Origin: a virus
Taxonomy: Duplodnaviria; Heunggongvirae; Uroviricota; Caudoviricetes
IMG/VR virus record: IMGVR_UViG_3300033068_000287
Location: 21,498 to 85,497 of that record
DNA length: 64,000 bases
Reading direction: 5' to 3' (one strand)
In this document: positions 45,455 to 55,763 of the stretch, piece after piece
How positions within the stretch are numbered: the first letter of the stretch is position 1
Layout: each line of letters starts with the position of its first letter
Position numbers and translations under genes: made by a program
The notes under the pieces: generated by a model
The model's database searches: none
What the model was told of the DNA's origin: nothing
The model's input: only the letters and a program-made list of their open reading frames with translations

Positions 45455-45586
45455 ATGCTATTAGACCTATTAGTTTTTGCTAGTATTTTTGGACTGCTAT
45501 TTCTTGCAACATTCATTATTGCAGGAATTCGGGAACGCGATAATACTTTAACACAAGATGAAATTGATAAAGCGGAGAAGCTATAA
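45455..45586 (+). CDS. small membrane peptide (43 aa)
   Basis: MLLDLLVFASIFGLLFLATFIIAGIRER... Confidence 0.25.
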   Translation: MLLDLLVFASIFGLLFLATFIIAGIRERDNTLTQDEIDKAEKL

Positions 45587-45589
45587 ACT

Positions 45590-45835
45590 ATGACAGAAGA
45601 AACCAAAACAAAGGACTTTGCAGACTTTCTAAGACCACAAGGAGCAAGCCATGTTAAGACGTTCGAATATAAGTACGATACGCGGACCCTTACAGTAGGT
45701 TATAAGGATGGTTCATCATACGAATATTATAATGTTCCAGAAGCAGTATTTGAAGGAATGGAATCTAGTGATTCTTTAGGTAAATACATGCATCATAATA
45801 TTAAAGGCCTTTTCGAATTTAAGAAAGTAGTATAA
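45590..45835 (+). CDS. KTSC-domain protein
   Basis: 81 aa. KTFEY...L.V.YK.GS.YEY..VP..V pattern. Confidence 0.4.
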   Translation: MTEETKTKDFADFLRPQGASHVKTFEYKYDTRTLTVGYKDGSSYEYYNVPEAVFEGMESSDSLGKYMHHNIKGLFEFKKVV

Positions 45836-46152
45836 TGGCAAGAATTACCGAATTAAACAATGTAGCATATACATCAATTGCTAAAATGGACGTATGGCAT
45901 GTTGACCGTGAACATAACACATTCTTGACAGACCATGGAATCCAGTATTCTATCGAATCAGACAAATATTATGTTCTTCCTAATATGCGCACCAGCAACG
46001 GCAATTTCTTTATGGATAAAACAACTTTGGAGCCTGTATTCATTGATACGCTGCACAAATTGTCCAAAAAAGAATTTAACGATATCTTTGGTTTTGATAC
46101 TGAAGCTGATGCTTTACGCGCCGCGCTTAAGTATGAATTACAAACTTTTTAA
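45835..46152 (+). CDS. hypothetical protein
   Basis: 105 aa ORF, ATGA-coupled. Confidence 0.4.
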   Translation: MARITELNNVAYTSIAKMDVWHVDREHNTFLTDHGIQYSIESDKYYVLPNMRTSNGNFFMDKTTLEPVFIDTLHKLSKKEFNDIFGFDTEADALRAALKYELQTF

Positions 46153-46267
46153 CCTGTGAGGTATTATCTTCCTCACAGGTTTATTTTTATCTTGACATTT
46201 TACATAATGTGTGTTAATATGAATAATATAAATTACAGCGTGGAGAGTTAAAATTTCAGCAGATAAT

Positions 46268-46603
46268 ATGATTGCAATTCTGGTTACAAGCGGTCCTGAA
46301 TATAGAGTGGCGCATATCCAAAATCCAGATTTTTTCTTTGATGCAAATTTAGATGATCCTTTAGATCAAGCCATAGCTGTATGTTGTTTCCATGATTCGG
46401 AATGTTTTACTGATAAGGAAGCAGCAACAAAATATAGCATTAAATTAGAAGACAACATGAGTTATGTTGAATACGGAATAGGATTTTTAACATATGAAGA
46501 ATACAATTATAACGAGTTCATGTCATTTGAATTCGCCAGCCGACTTGTTGAACGGGAATCTAAACCAACGGGTGGAGATTTTGGTGGAGGGGGATATTTC
46601 TAG
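46268..46603 (+). CDS. hypothetical protein
   Basis: 111 aa ORF. Confidence 0.4.
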   Translation: MIAILVTSGPEYRVAHIQNPDFFFDANLDDPLDQAIAVCCFHDSECFTDKEAATKYSIKLEDNMSYVEYGIGFLTYEEYNYNEFMSFEFASRLVERESKPTGGDFGGGGYF

Positions 46604-46610
46604 AGTAGAT

Positions 46611-46874
46611 ATGGTTAATCAGATTCTATCGGATGATCCTCTTAAGAAACATGTTATTAAAGATAGCGCAGTATCATTTTCAAAAAAAGTAGAAGATATG
46701 GTTTGGGCATTAGATATGACGTATCTTGATGCCGTTCTATCTCTGATGGAACAAAGTGGATATGAAGCTGAAAATATGCCAAAGCTATTAACAGCAGAAA
46801 TCAAATCAAAGCTAGAAATCGAAGCTGAAAACCTCTCACTGATTAAGAAAACAACAAATAGACTAGACATATAG
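46611..46874 (+). CDS. hypothetical protein
   Basis: Internal ATG (MVNQILSD) after the upstream stop. Track ORF begins at 46494 with a 110-nt overlap. Confidence 0.3.
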   Translation: MVNQILSDDPLKKHVIKDSAVSFSKKVEDMVWALDMTYLDAVLSLMEQSGYEAENMPKLLTAEIKSKLEIEAENLSLIKKTTNRLDI

Positions 46875-46877
46875 AAT

Positions 46878-47471
46878 ATGATTGCGCCTTTAAGATTTTT
46901 TGAAATTTACAATGCCTGCGTTCTACACTTTAAAGACGGTTCAAGTTACGACTTTTTTAAATATGCAGGAAAAACTACAGTAACTGAAGCTACTTTGTTA
47001 AAGCGAAAAGACAAATATCATTTTGAAAAATGGTCTAGAAAAGTAGCAAATGAGGAAGAAGCCATTGCTTTACTTGCATCTAATGCGGTAAAAGGAAAAA
47101 CTTATGTTATCGGTCTTGATTGGAAAAATTATCAAGAATGGATGGCATATAGAGATTCCATGGTGTACAAATTTGCTAGTGATCTAGATTTATATAGCGG
47201 CACAAATAAAAAATCAGACCCAGTGGAAGATTGTTTCTCCGGAGACACTAAACCATATCATTATATGGTGCTGATGAATCATATCACGAATGGAAATTAT
47301 TTTAAAATTTGTGGTAAGAAATACCAAAACAATATTTTATGGGAAGACTTGGAAAATAAACTATTGACATATTCCCCCTTTGTGATATACTATTGGGGGG
47401 TAACTCATGATATCGCTGGACAACTACAAAATGTTCTCCGAGAAAAACTACAAAATGAGAATACTAAATAG
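46878..47471 (+). CDS. hypothetical protein
   Basis: 197 aa ORF. Confidence 0.45.
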   Translation: MIAPLRFFEIYNACVLHFKDGSSYDFFKYAGKTTVTEATLLKRKDKYHFEKWSRKVANEEEAIALLASNAVKGKTYVIGLDWKNYQEWMAYRDSMVYKFASDLDLYSGTNKKSDPVEDCFSGDTKPYHYMVLMNHITNGNYFKICGKKYQNNILWEDLENKLLTYSPFVIYYWGVTHDIAGQLQNVLREKLQNENTK

Positions 47472-47552
47472 AATATATCATGATTTACTTAAAGTGAACA
47501 ACATAAAAATACATTAAACATACAAACAAAAACATACGGAGAATATACATAA
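47472..47552 (+). promoter_or_regulatory. gene 32 leader: unstructured A-rich ACATA(C)-repeat region, candidate gp32 autoregulatory translational operator
   Basis: acataaaaatacattaaacatacaaacaaaaacatacGGAGaatatacataaATG. Confidence 0.4.
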
Positions 47553-48461
47553 ATGACTACAAATAAGACCTTTTCACAACTTAGACGCAATTCAGGCTCT
47601 TTCGAAGCAATCCAAAAGAAATTAGCAGACGCAACTGGCAAGAAAAAAGATTACAAAGATGATCGTTTCTGGTTCGCTTCACAAGATAAAGCTGGTAACG
47701 CGCAAGCGATTATTCGTTTCTTGCCTAACCATATCGAGGAAGATACCCCATTTGTTAAACTACACAGCCACTCTTTCCAAGGTCCAGGCGGTCAATGGCT
47801 AATTGAAAACTGTCCAACAACAGTTGGTGGTCAATGCCCTATCTGTGAAGCTAACGGAGTTCTATGGAACAGCGGATTTGATGACGACAAGAAAACAGTA
47901 TCAGCAAGAAAACGTAAACTACATTTCATTGCTAACGTTTTGATTGTTAGTGATCCTGCGAATCCAGAAAATGAAGGTAAAGTTTTCCTATTCAAATTCG
48001 GTAAGAAAATCTTTGACAAAATCAACAGTGTTATGAATCCTGAATTCGATGATGAAACACCAATCAATCCATTCAACTACTGGACTGGCGCAAACTTCAA
48101 ATTGAAAATCGTAAAGAAAGATGGTTTCGCTAACTACGATAAATCTGCTTTCGATAGACAAACTGAACTATTTGATGGTGATGAAGAAAAGCTAGAAGAA
48201 CTAGACAAAAAAATTCACAAAATTAATGAGTTTGTTTCTAAAGAACAATTCAAAACATATGATGAATTGAAACAAAGACATGATAAAATTCTTGGTGTTT
48301 CTACTGGTAAACCAAAGACAATTGATGATGATCTAGAAGAATCAAAGTTCGAAAGAAAATCTTTGACAATCGAAGACACTGAAATCGACAGTCTATCAGA
48401 AAAACTAACCTTTGAAGATGATGATTTGTCTGAACTAGAAAAACTTCTAAGTGATGACTAA
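47553..48461 (+). CDS. 32: single-stranded DNA-binding protein gp32
   Basis: 302 aa. NAQAIIRFLPNH...PF vs T4 gp32 NGQAVIRFLPSKNDEQAPF. Acidic C-terminal tail. Confidence 0.85.
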   Translation: MTTNKTFSQLRRNSGSFEAIQKKLADATGKKKDYKDDRFWFASQDKAGNAQAIIRFLPNHIEEDTPFVKLHSHSFQGPGGQWLIENCPTTVGGQCPICEANGVLWNSGFDDDKKTVSARKRKLHFIANVLIVSDPANPENEGKVFLFKFGKKIFDKINSVMNPEFDDETPINPFNYWTGANFKLKIVKKDGFANYDKSAFDRQTELFDGDEEKLEELDKKIHKINEFVSKEQFKTYDELKQRHDKILGVSTGKPKTIDDDLEESKFERKSLTIEDTEIDSLSEKLTFEDDDLSELEKLLSDD

Positions 48462-48480
48462 GATTATTTGATAAACACAG

Positions 48481-48514
48481 AAAACCCACCAGATTTATTT
48501 CTGGTGGGTTTTTA
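48481..48514. terminator. bidirectional rho-independent terminator between convergent gene 32 and the minus-strand structural block
   Basis: aaaaCCCACCAGAtttattTCTGGTGGGttttt. Confidence 0.7.
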
Positions 48515-48515
48515 A

Positions 48516-49922
48516 TTAGTAGGTAATTAAACCGTTTGTTCCTATTTTGATTCCGCTTGGATTGCGCGTTAGAATATTTCCAGGCATAACGTTTGTATTT
48601 TGAATATTATTCGTTACAGGTGCGTTAACGGTGCTGTTAGGAGAATTAATTTGATTGATAGCAGCAGATTTAGCAGCAACATCAAGACTTGATGCAGTCT
48701 TTTGATTTTGTAGCATAGTTGCCGCTTTATTGACTGTTTGATTGATAGGTCTTAATTTCTCTAGACGTTCTCTATTATCTTTGTCTTTCATATGCTTATA
48801 TACTTTATCTGTAGCCATAGCAGGTTCTTTACCCTGTAGCTTTTCAATAGCACTAAGCAATTTTGTTCCGATAACATTTTCGCCACCAGTAGATTTGTCT
48901 ACTGCTTTATCGATTAATCCTAGACCAGCACTTCCAGCTTCAACACCAGTAAACAAACTGCCTGCAACCAATCCGGCAGGACCAGCAGCAATTGCCGCAC
49001 CTTTTGTTCCAAGTCTACCTGCTACAGGACCAACTTTAGATGCTCCAGATTTTAATAATTTAAATCCGCTTTTACCTACATCTTTACCCTTTTGTGCAAA
49101 CTTTGATATCGTTCCATTTTTTGTTTTTGGTTTGATATTATCATTTGCAATACCGCTAGGATTTTTAATGTTAGGCTGTTTAGAATTTTGATTAGCTGGT
49201 TTGCCGCCAAATCTATTAGGTAACATCTTGGTAGCGCCGAATCCTAGCATTGCGGCAACGATAGCTTGCAATCCGCCAGCTAATACAGTTCCAATAGTTC
49301 CAACTGCTGCTAATAGACTTGTTACTCCTGCTGCTACTGCTGAAATCATTCCTGTAACAATAGTAATGATTGGACCAAGAAACTTTGATAATAGACTTTC
49401 TTTTGGTTTATCTTCAGGAACTACAACAGGTTCAGGAGCAACCTTTGCTGTTGATGTTTGTTTAGCAAACTTTGATTTTTTAGAATTAGAAATATCAGCA
49501 GCATGACTTCTGCGTGTAATGTCTAGTTGTAATTCAGAAACATCCCATACATGCGCAGTTAGATCAATCAATGTTCTAAGTTCTGCAACAACTCTATCAA
49601 ATCCGCTAGTTACTTCAGTGGTCAATTCACTAAGATCAATATTTTCTGTTACTGGTGCAGGTCTTGGTGTTGTTTCTGTTTTTGGTGTTTTAACTTTATC
49701 TGATTTTGAAACGTCTTTGAAAACAGAACCAATAGCACCACCAATCATTCCCAATTCTGGAATTTCAGACGCAATACTTTTACCAACAAATTTAACACCT
49801 TGTCCTGCCAATTTAACAGGATTCAAAGCCTTTGCTAATTTCTTAGTTTTATTGTTGATATTTTTAGAAACATTTTTACCAGTTTTATTAAGACTGTCTG
49901 TAATCTTTGATAATGCTACCAT
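48516..49922 (-). CDS. Gly/Ala-rich structural protein (tape-measure/gp29-like or hub-associated)
   Basis: 468 aa. Coiled N-terminus followed by long G/A/S-rich repeats. Confidence 0.4.
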   Translation of the reverse strand: MVALSKITDSLNKTGKNVSKNINNKTKKLAKALNPVKLAGQGVKFVGKSIASEIPELGMIGGAIGSVFKDVSKSDKVKTPKTETTPRPAPVTENIDLSELTTEVTSGFDRVVAELRTLIDLTAHVWDVSELQLDITRRSHAADISNSKKSKFAKQTSTAKVAPEPVVVPEDKPKESLLSKFLGPIITIVTGMISAVAAGVTSLLAAVGTIGTVLAGGLQAIVAAMLGFGATKMLPNRFGGKPANQNSKQPNIKNPSGIANDNIKPKTKNGTISKFAQKGKDVGKSGFKLLKSGASKVGPVAGRLGTKGAAIAAGPAGLVAGSLFTGVEAGSAGLGLIDKAVDKSTGGENVIGTKLLSAIEKLQGKEPAMATDKVYKHMKDKDNRERLEKLRPINQTVNKAATMLQNQKTASSLDVAAKSAAINQINSPNSTVNAPVTNNIQNTNVMPGNILTRNPSGIKIGTNGLITY

Positions 49923-50275
49923 TATTTTTCGTCCGTATCTGGTTGTGATGTTGCTTTTTGTTTTCTAATTGGTCTTGATTCTGCGTCTGTTACTGCTTTA
50001 ATTTTTTCTACGTTTACGTCTTGCCATGTAGCACCAGCGATATAGAATCCGACAACAGAGCCAGCTAGACCAAATGCAGCTAATACAGTTGTTTCATATA
50101 AGCGCGTATCTGAACCATTGAATACAATATATCCAACAATAACGGCACAGAAAATCAACGTAGCATAAATCACGCGGTTTCTATTTCTCCACGATGGTCT
50201 GCCGCTTTTTGGCTTTCTGATTTTATCTCCATCGAAATAAGAATCAAAGTCTGGTATTTGTCTGCGTGGTGCCAT
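49922..50275 (-). CDS. small membrane-anchored protein
   Basis: 117 aa with one TM. Confidence 0.4.
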   Translation of the reverse strand: MAPRRQIPDFDSYFDGDKIRKPKSGRPSWRNRNRVIYATLIFCAVIVGYIVFNGSDTRLYETTVLAAFGLAGSVVGFYIAGATWQDVNVEKIKAVTDAESRPIRKQKATSQPDTDEK

Positions 50276-50471
50276 TTCTATGCCGTTTCGACTGTTGTGC
50301 CGCCTCTTTTTATTTGTTCATTAACTTCTGTTATATGTTTCTCTATAAAGAACAAATAGATATCACGTTCCCATGGAATCATATTATCTAAGTCTTCTAA
50401 ATTTAAATTATGATGTAAAACTAGAATAGTGTTTATCGCATAAAATGCAGATAGCGAATCATATCCTAGAA

Positions 50472-51188
50472 CTAGTCCAAAAAACTTTGCAGTCCCTCCA
50501 GAACAACTTCCTCACTATGACCACATTTAGAACATTTAATATTAACAGCTACTTTAAGTCTTGGTAGATCATTAAAGAAAGTTTCTATTTTTGCAAATTG
50601 ATCGTCATTTAAAGAATCGATAAATTCTTCTAATTCTTCTGCGGTGTAAGTATCAGAAATTTCTTCACCGTCAAAGATCGTATCAATATACTGTGGCAAA
50701 ATATCATAAAGATTCTGGCTCTTTACATCGACTAATTCTCTAAATTTTGGATATTTTAGAATAATGCCAACAGTTTCGGTCAACATAATCTTAGTTGTTG
50801 GATTCGTATTCATTTCAACTTGAACTGTTTCTAAGTCTAATTTTAGCGAATTTGTGTGTCCGCAAAGCGTTTTTTGCCCGGAAGCATCAACTACCTCATT
50901 TTCACATAAAAACGATAAATCGCTTATGGAACCCTTTGATTTAATGTACAAATTTAGGAAGATATACTCTAAATCGAAAAGCGTTAGATCATTTATATCT
51001 AACGCACTGAATGTACAGTTAGTAACAATGCTTTTAATAGCGTCTAGTGTAGATTCTTCTGTACGTTCTTGTAAAGCAATCAGCAAGATTTTCTTTTCTT
51101 TAATCAAGAAAGGTCTATATCTGATTTTTTTCTTTAAGCTAGGTACTTCTAAAAAATATGTAGGAGTATCAATTTTTGGTACTGTCAT
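50472..51188 (-). CDS. structural/assembly protein with a C-terminal zinc ribbon (CSKCGH)
   Basis: 238 aa ORF. Confidence 0.4.
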   Translation of the reverse strand: MTVPKIDTPTYFLEVPSLKKKIRYRPFLIKEKKILLIALQERTEESTLDAIKSIVTNCTFSALDINDLTLFDLEYIFLNLYIKSKGSISDLSFLCENEVVDASGQKTLCGHTNSLKLDLETVQVEMNTNPTTKIMLTETVGIILKYPKFRELVDVKSQNLYDILPQYIDTIFDGEEISDTYTAEELEEFIDSLNDDQFAKIETFFNDLPRLKVAVNIKCSKCGHSEEVVLEGLQSFLD

Positions 51189-51195
51189 TATATCG

Positions 51196-52722
51196 TTATT
51201 CCATTTCTGTTAGTTCTGTTGTATAGGCATCTTTTACACCTTCAACAAACATTTTATATTCAAATTGTGTAATACTATGTCTTATTGACGTTAGTAGGTA
51301 ATATCCAGAATAATATTTAGATGATTCTTCCTCAATATCAGATACGTTTACACCAGCAGATGGTGAATTCCAATGTCTGATATCAACAAGAACGCAATCA
51401 CCTACTTTATGTTTTGTGTTTCCTGCAATTTCAAACAGAATTCTAAAGTTATTCAAGCGGCTTAATTGGCTTTGTCTTTTCTGTAAATATTCCTCAATAC
51501 CTGAAGATTGTTTTGCTGTAGAATTACGTTCTGTAGATTCAGACGTAATAGTATCGATAGCATAACTAGGACTAATAGTAGCAAAAAGTCTATTGCTTAA
51601 GAATTTTTTAGATAAGTCAGAATTCTTAGCAAGCATAGGGAAGTTGCCTGTATCTGTGCCTGATTGTGTTGATTCTGTCTTTTCAAAGTTTTCAACATAA
51701 TCATAGTCATGCTCTTTAATTTCACCAGTCGTAATGTCGTATGTATAAAGTTTTGATGCATACATACCAGAACGAATATTATATAGAGTATCATATGAAT
51801 TTTGAATCTCTAGTCTATTAATTGTTTCTGTTACAGTGGTTCTTTGTTTTAGACCACCATTTGTAATTAAATCTTTATTTTGTGCGGCATTACCATAGAC
51901 AAACTTTGTACTATTGATATCTTTAGATTCTAGTAATGTTTCAATTGCTGTGAATTGAAAGCCTCTTTTGTTTTCAAAGAATACAAAATTTGCAGATTCT
52001 GCTGCGTTCTTTGTTCCGCCATTTCTACCAGCAGCAAAGCGTAATGATCTACCTGCTAACCACGAAATAACATCGAAGCATTTCATATACGGAAAAGAAA
52101 CAACAGGTTCTGTATATTTTGTTTTTTCTACAAATAATTCAACACAATCATTTTCATCCGATTTTTGATACCATGCTTCCCTAGAATTTTCATACACAAA
52201 AGCAGATTGTGGAATAGATGAAAAATATCTATCAGTAGGAAATCCCAAACCAACAGGTTCGTCCGTATCATAATCATTTGTTAGAAGTTTAGAAACAACA
52301 TTTGAAATAGTTGTGTTTGTGAATCCTCTAGATAATCTAAAAGTTTCATTTTTCTTTAATTCTGGACTAGCAAAATGCAAAGTATATTGTTTAGTGAAAT
52401 CATTAGTTTGTTTGATATCAGTAACAGATAGAATATCAAATGTTCTATGTAGAAAGTTGATAGGTTCATTATCTTTAGAATAGTTCCAGCTATAAACTAA
52501 ACAAGTCAGTTTTTCATTAGAAGTAATAGGAGCATTTTCAAACATTCCAGCACTGTCGATAATTGTAATATCACCAGTAAGGACAGGACTAAACATATCT
52601 TCATAGATATTCAACTGCATTAACATAGGCGCAAGATCGTATTGCTTGCCTGATGCTGCTGTTAGAATCAGTCTATCAAATATAGGCGTACCTTGTGTTT
52701 GAACATCGTTATTATTAGTCAT
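51196..52722 (-). CDS. baseplate hub-type structural protein (gp27/gpD-like candidate)
   Basis: 508 aa, downstream of gp53 on the same strand. The N-terminal pattern is loosely hub-like. Confidence 0.4.
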   Translation of the reverse strand: MTNNNDVQTQGTPIFDRLILTAASGKQYDLAPMLMQLNIYEDMFSPVLTGDITIIDSAGMFENAPITSNEKLTCLVYSWNYSKDNEPINFLHRTFDILSVTDIKQTNDFTKQYTLHFASPELKKNETFRLSRGFTNTTISNVVSKLLTNDYDTDEPVGLGFPTDRYFSSIPQSAFVYENSREAWYQKSDENDCVELFVEKTKYTEPVVSFPYMKCFDVISWLAGRSLRFAAGRNGGTKNAAESANFVFFENKRGFQFTAIETLLESKDINSTKFVYGNAAQNKDLITNGGLKQRTTVTETINRLEIQNSYDTLYNIRSGMYASKLYTYDITTGEIKEHDYDYVENFEKTESTQSGTDTGNFPMLAKNSDLSKKFLSNRLFATISPSYAIDTITSESTERNSTAKQSSGIEEYLQKRQSQLSRLNNFRILFEIAGNTKHKVGDCVLVDIRHWNSPSAGVNVSDIEEESSKYYSGYYLLTSIRHSITQFEYKMFVEGVKDAYTTELTEME

Positions 52723-53230
52723 TTGTAGTTCTACTTAATTCTGATTGATATTCAGAAAGAATCTGTGGAATATATCGTGTTTTAAGAATTTTGATTTTTC
52801 TTTTTTCTTCATTAACAGATTGTTCGTATTGTAAATTAGTAACTGGTGAACTGAATGGAGTTCCAAAATCAACCCAGATTCCTTCACCAAATTCAGAATT
52901 GCTATTAGTTACATAATGATGTACTGCATTTATTTTTTCTGTTGTATATTTTCTTTCAACATATTCATACAATCTATCTTCTGTTAGAAGCCAATCATAA
53001 TACGGATCAATAATATCATTAATATACAGAATGATCCAATAAAGTCTAGGATCGCCATATTCCGCTTGTGCAACATCTTCTGGACGTTGACCATCTTTTA
53101 ATAATTTATATTGAAAGATTGTCGTATTATTTTTAATACGTTTAAGAATGTCTAGTCTTACAGTGATATTCTTAATATCAACATCATTAAATTTTGTTGT
53201 AGGGAAAGCAGAAAAAAATTCTTTTACCAT
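52715..53230 (-). CDS. 53: baseplate wedge subunit gp53-like
   Basis: 171 aa. YGDPRLYWIILYINDIIDPYYDW matches the recalled T4 gp53 motif YGNPQLYWVLLMCNDNYDPYYGW. Confidence 0.55.
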   Translation of the reverse strand: MVKEFFSAFPTTKFNDVDIKNITVRLDILKRIKNNTTIFQYKLLKDGQRPEDVAQAEYGDPRLYWIILYINDIIDPYYDWLLTEDRLYEYVERKYTTEKINAVHHYVTNSNSEFGEGIWVDFGTPFSSPVTNLQYEQSVNEEKRKIKILKTRYIPQILSEYQSELSRTTND

Positions 53231-53231
53231 C

Positions 53232-54038
53232 TTATAATCCTGGATTATCTCTTGTTCTTAATGACGTTTCTAGAAATGACATGCTTAGACCAATTTGTAC
53301 CGGATGTCCTGATTGTAATAGCTGTACAACTGTAGGATTGTAATTAGTGCTAATTCCTGTACATACGCAAGGACTGATTTTAGGATATCCTGCAACGTTG
53401 TGAAATTCTAATTCAAATTCATACGGAAATTCATAAAATAAATTATCTTCACTGTCTTTAGGTAAAGTGAATTGTGTTAATGATCGAATCATTCTTTCAA
53501 TTAATTCAGCTTCATGTAGCGATTGAGGAGAAAACAAATAATCAAATGTAAATGATCTAGGATCGATGCCATTAAATAGTGCTTGTTTTTTAGGGTTTCT
53601 AATTTTAGCACCAAACAACTGACTGAACTTTCCACCAAGAGCAATTTCTACAGCATTAACGCCACTATCTAGAAGACCAGCACCTACATTCTTTACTGTT
53701 TCTGTCATGTTTGTTCCGCCAGAATTAGCTAGATTACCAGCAGAAGAAAGCATCCAACTCAACCATGTTGTATCTGTCATTTCCCAATTAGGACTGTATG
53801 AATTACCAACAGACGCTGGTAAAGGTAGATAGAATCTATCAGCACCAACAACACGTTCTTGATTACCTGTTAATCCGCCTTTATATCCTACTGAAGTTGC
53901 CAATGCACCAAGCGCGGCTCTATCTTCATCCCGTACATATGTGTTATGTCTATATTTTACTGGAGTAATGGCAACAAACGGAAAGCGTTCGACTTGACCT
54001 TCCCTTCCGATACTCTCTGGAAATCTAAAAATTGTCAT
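53232..54038 (-). CDS. baseplate/tail-tube-associated structural protein (gp48/gp54-like candidate)
   Basis: 268 aa. GAGGA RBS. First gene of the minus-strand structural operon. Confidence 0.4.
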   Translation of the reverse strand: MTIFRFPESIGREGQVERFPFVAITPVKYRHNTYVRDEDRAALGALATSVGYKGGLTGNQERVVGADRFYLPLPASVGNSYSPNWEMTDTTWLSWMLSSAGNLANSGGTNMTETVKNVGAGLLDSGVNAVEIALGGKFSQLFGAKIRNPKKQALFNGIDPRSFTFDYLFSPQSLHEAELIERMIRSLTQFTLPKDSEDNLFYEFPYEFELEFHNVAGYPKISPCVCTGISTNYNPTVVQLLQSGHPVQIGLSMSFLETSLRTRDNPGL

Positions 54039-54049
54039 TAAATCCTCAA

Positions 54050-54057
54050 TATAAATA
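54050..54057 (+). promoter_or_regulatory. T4-type late promoter element TATAAATA upstream of gene 4
   Basis: caaTATAAATAtaaaacc, 40 nt before ATG 54097. Confidence 0.45.
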
Positions 54058-54096
54058 TAAAACCTATAATGTATTTATTAAAGAAATTGTGTACAA

Positions 54097-54633
54097 ATGT
54101 CTTATAAAGGACGATATAAACCTAAAAACCCAAAGAAATATCGCGGCGACCCAACGGGTATCATCTACAGATCATTGTTAGAACGTTCTTATATGGTGAA
54201 GCTGGATGAAAATCCTAATGTGTTGGAATGGCAATCAGAAGAAATTATCGTTCCTTACATATCTCCTATTGATAATGCATGGCACAGATACTTTCCAGAT
54301 TTTTGGGTTAGATTTATTGATATTGATGATAACAACATTATCAAACAAGCATTAATTGAATTGAAACCTAAAAGTCAGTGTAAAGAGCCTAAAGTACAAT
54401 CTAGAAAAACTGTTAAATACGTTAGGGAAGTTACAACATGGTTAGTAAATCAAGCTAAATGGGATGCTGCTATTGAATGGTGTAAAAAGAATAATTGTCA
54501 GTTTCAAGTTTTAACCGAGGAAGATATAAAGCCTTACGGGGGACATAAATATAGTAATGGCAACAAACAACGTAAAAGAACTAACACTTCTACAAAAGTT
54601 AGAACAAGGCGCCCAAAGACGCCAACTCGATAA
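54097..54633 (+). CDS. 4: head completion protein gp4-like
   Basis: 178 aa. MSYKGRYKPKNPKKYRGDPT...YRSLLERSYMVKLDENPNVLEWQSEEIIVPY matches the recalled gp4 family N-terminus. Confidence 0.55.
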   Translation: MSYKGRYKPKNPKKYRGDPTGIIYRSLLERSYMVKLDENPNVLEWQSEEIIVPYISPIDNAWHRYFPDFWVRFIDIDDNNIIKQALIELKPKSQCKEPKVQSRKTVKYVREVTTWLVNQAKWDAAIEWCKKNNCQFQVLTEEDIKPYGGHKYSNGNKQRKRTNTSTKVRTRRPKTPTR

Positions 54634-55174
54634 GTTTTCTCAAGAATCATACGCATGGTTCCGCGACCGTGTGCGCACACTTGGTGGTGACAATGCTAGA
54701 AAACAAATCATGGCAGACGCTAAAGCTACTAGAAAGCTGCGCAACAATCCAAATATTGGAATGATGTATAATTTTGTTTATGATGCTAAGTGGAAAGATG
54801 AATTGCCGTATTGGGATGCTTTCCCTCTTATTATTATGGTAGGTCCAGCACCTAACGGATTTTACGGAATCAACTTACATTATTTACCACCAAAAGCTAG
54901 AGCAATTCTATTTGATAACTTATTAGCTATTGCAAGTGATACAAAATATAATGAAAGAACTAAGCTACAACTTAGCTATCAATTGCTATCAAGTTCTAGT
55001 AAATACAAATTGTTTAGACCTTGCTTTAAACATTATTTGTTTACTCATTTAAGATCACAGCTTGCATTCATTCCACCAAAACATTGGGATGCTGCGCTAT
55101 TCATGCCTACTGCCAGCTTCCAGAAAGCTGTTAACAGTAAAGTATGGTCAGATTCAATTTTGGAGACAACATAA
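54557..55174 (+). CDS. hypothetical protein (possibly gp2-like DNA end protector); alternative start ATG 54710 would remove the overlap with gene 4
   Basis: 205 aa ORF. Confidence 0.35.
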   Translation: MATNNVKELTLLQKLEQGAQRRQLDKFSQESYAWFRDRVRTLGGDNARKQIMADAKATRKLRNNPNIGMMYNFVYDAKWKDELPYWDAFPLIIMVGPAPNGFYGINLHYLPPKARAILFDNLLAIASDTKYNERTKLQLSYQLLSSSSKYKLFRPCFKHYLFTHLRSQLAFIPPKHWDAALFMPTASFQKAVNSKVWSDSILETT

Positions 55175-55175
55175 A

Positions 55176-55757
55176 ATGGGCTTCGGCGTAAACGAAATCA
55201 TTGCACAATTAGGACGTAATGCTTTAGCAAAGCCTTATCTATATGAAGTTCGCATTATGGGTTCTAGTGCAAGTAACTTTACAACTCCTGTTCCTGATGC
55301 TCCTAGAGAAGTTATGTTTAACTGTTCTGGTGTAAACGTTCCTGGTGTAAACATCGGATTCACACAAGATAGACGATTCGGTATTGGTACTGCGTTCAAC
55401 ATTCCAACATCCAAATCATTTACTGAACTAAACTTAACGATGTATGAAACAGAACATGAAATGGAAAGACGATTCTTTGTTGAATGGATGGATTTGATCT
55501 ATGACAAGAATACTAAACGTTTCGGCTACTATAAAGACATTGTAAAGAATCTAAGTATTATACAGTATGATAAAACAGGTAAGAAAACATATGAATGTGT
55601 AGCAATTGATTGTTTTCCTTCTAACTTATCACCTTTAGATAAAGGTTACGCTTCAGGGGAAAACGTTCCTCAATTTAACGTCAATATTCAGTTTCATGAA
55701 TTAAAAGAAGTTTTCTTTGATAAACAAGCTGGATTTAATCCTTTTGGAATTTTTTAA
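55176..55757 (+). CDS. structural protein, possible tail-tube-fold/baseplate protein
   Basis: Internal ATG (MGFGVNE) directly after the upstream stop. Track ORF starts at 55062. Confidence 0.4.
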   Translation: MGFGVNEIIAQLGRNALAKPYLYEVRIMGSSASNFTTPVPDAPREVMFNCSGVNVPGVNIGFTQDRRFGIGTAFNIPTSKSFTELNLTMYETEHEMERRFFVEWMDLIYDKNTKRFGYYKDIVKNLSIIQYDKTGKKTYECVAIDCFPSNLSPLDKGYASGENVPQFNVNIQFHELKEVFFDKQAGFNPFGIF

Positions 55758-55763
55758 GATACA

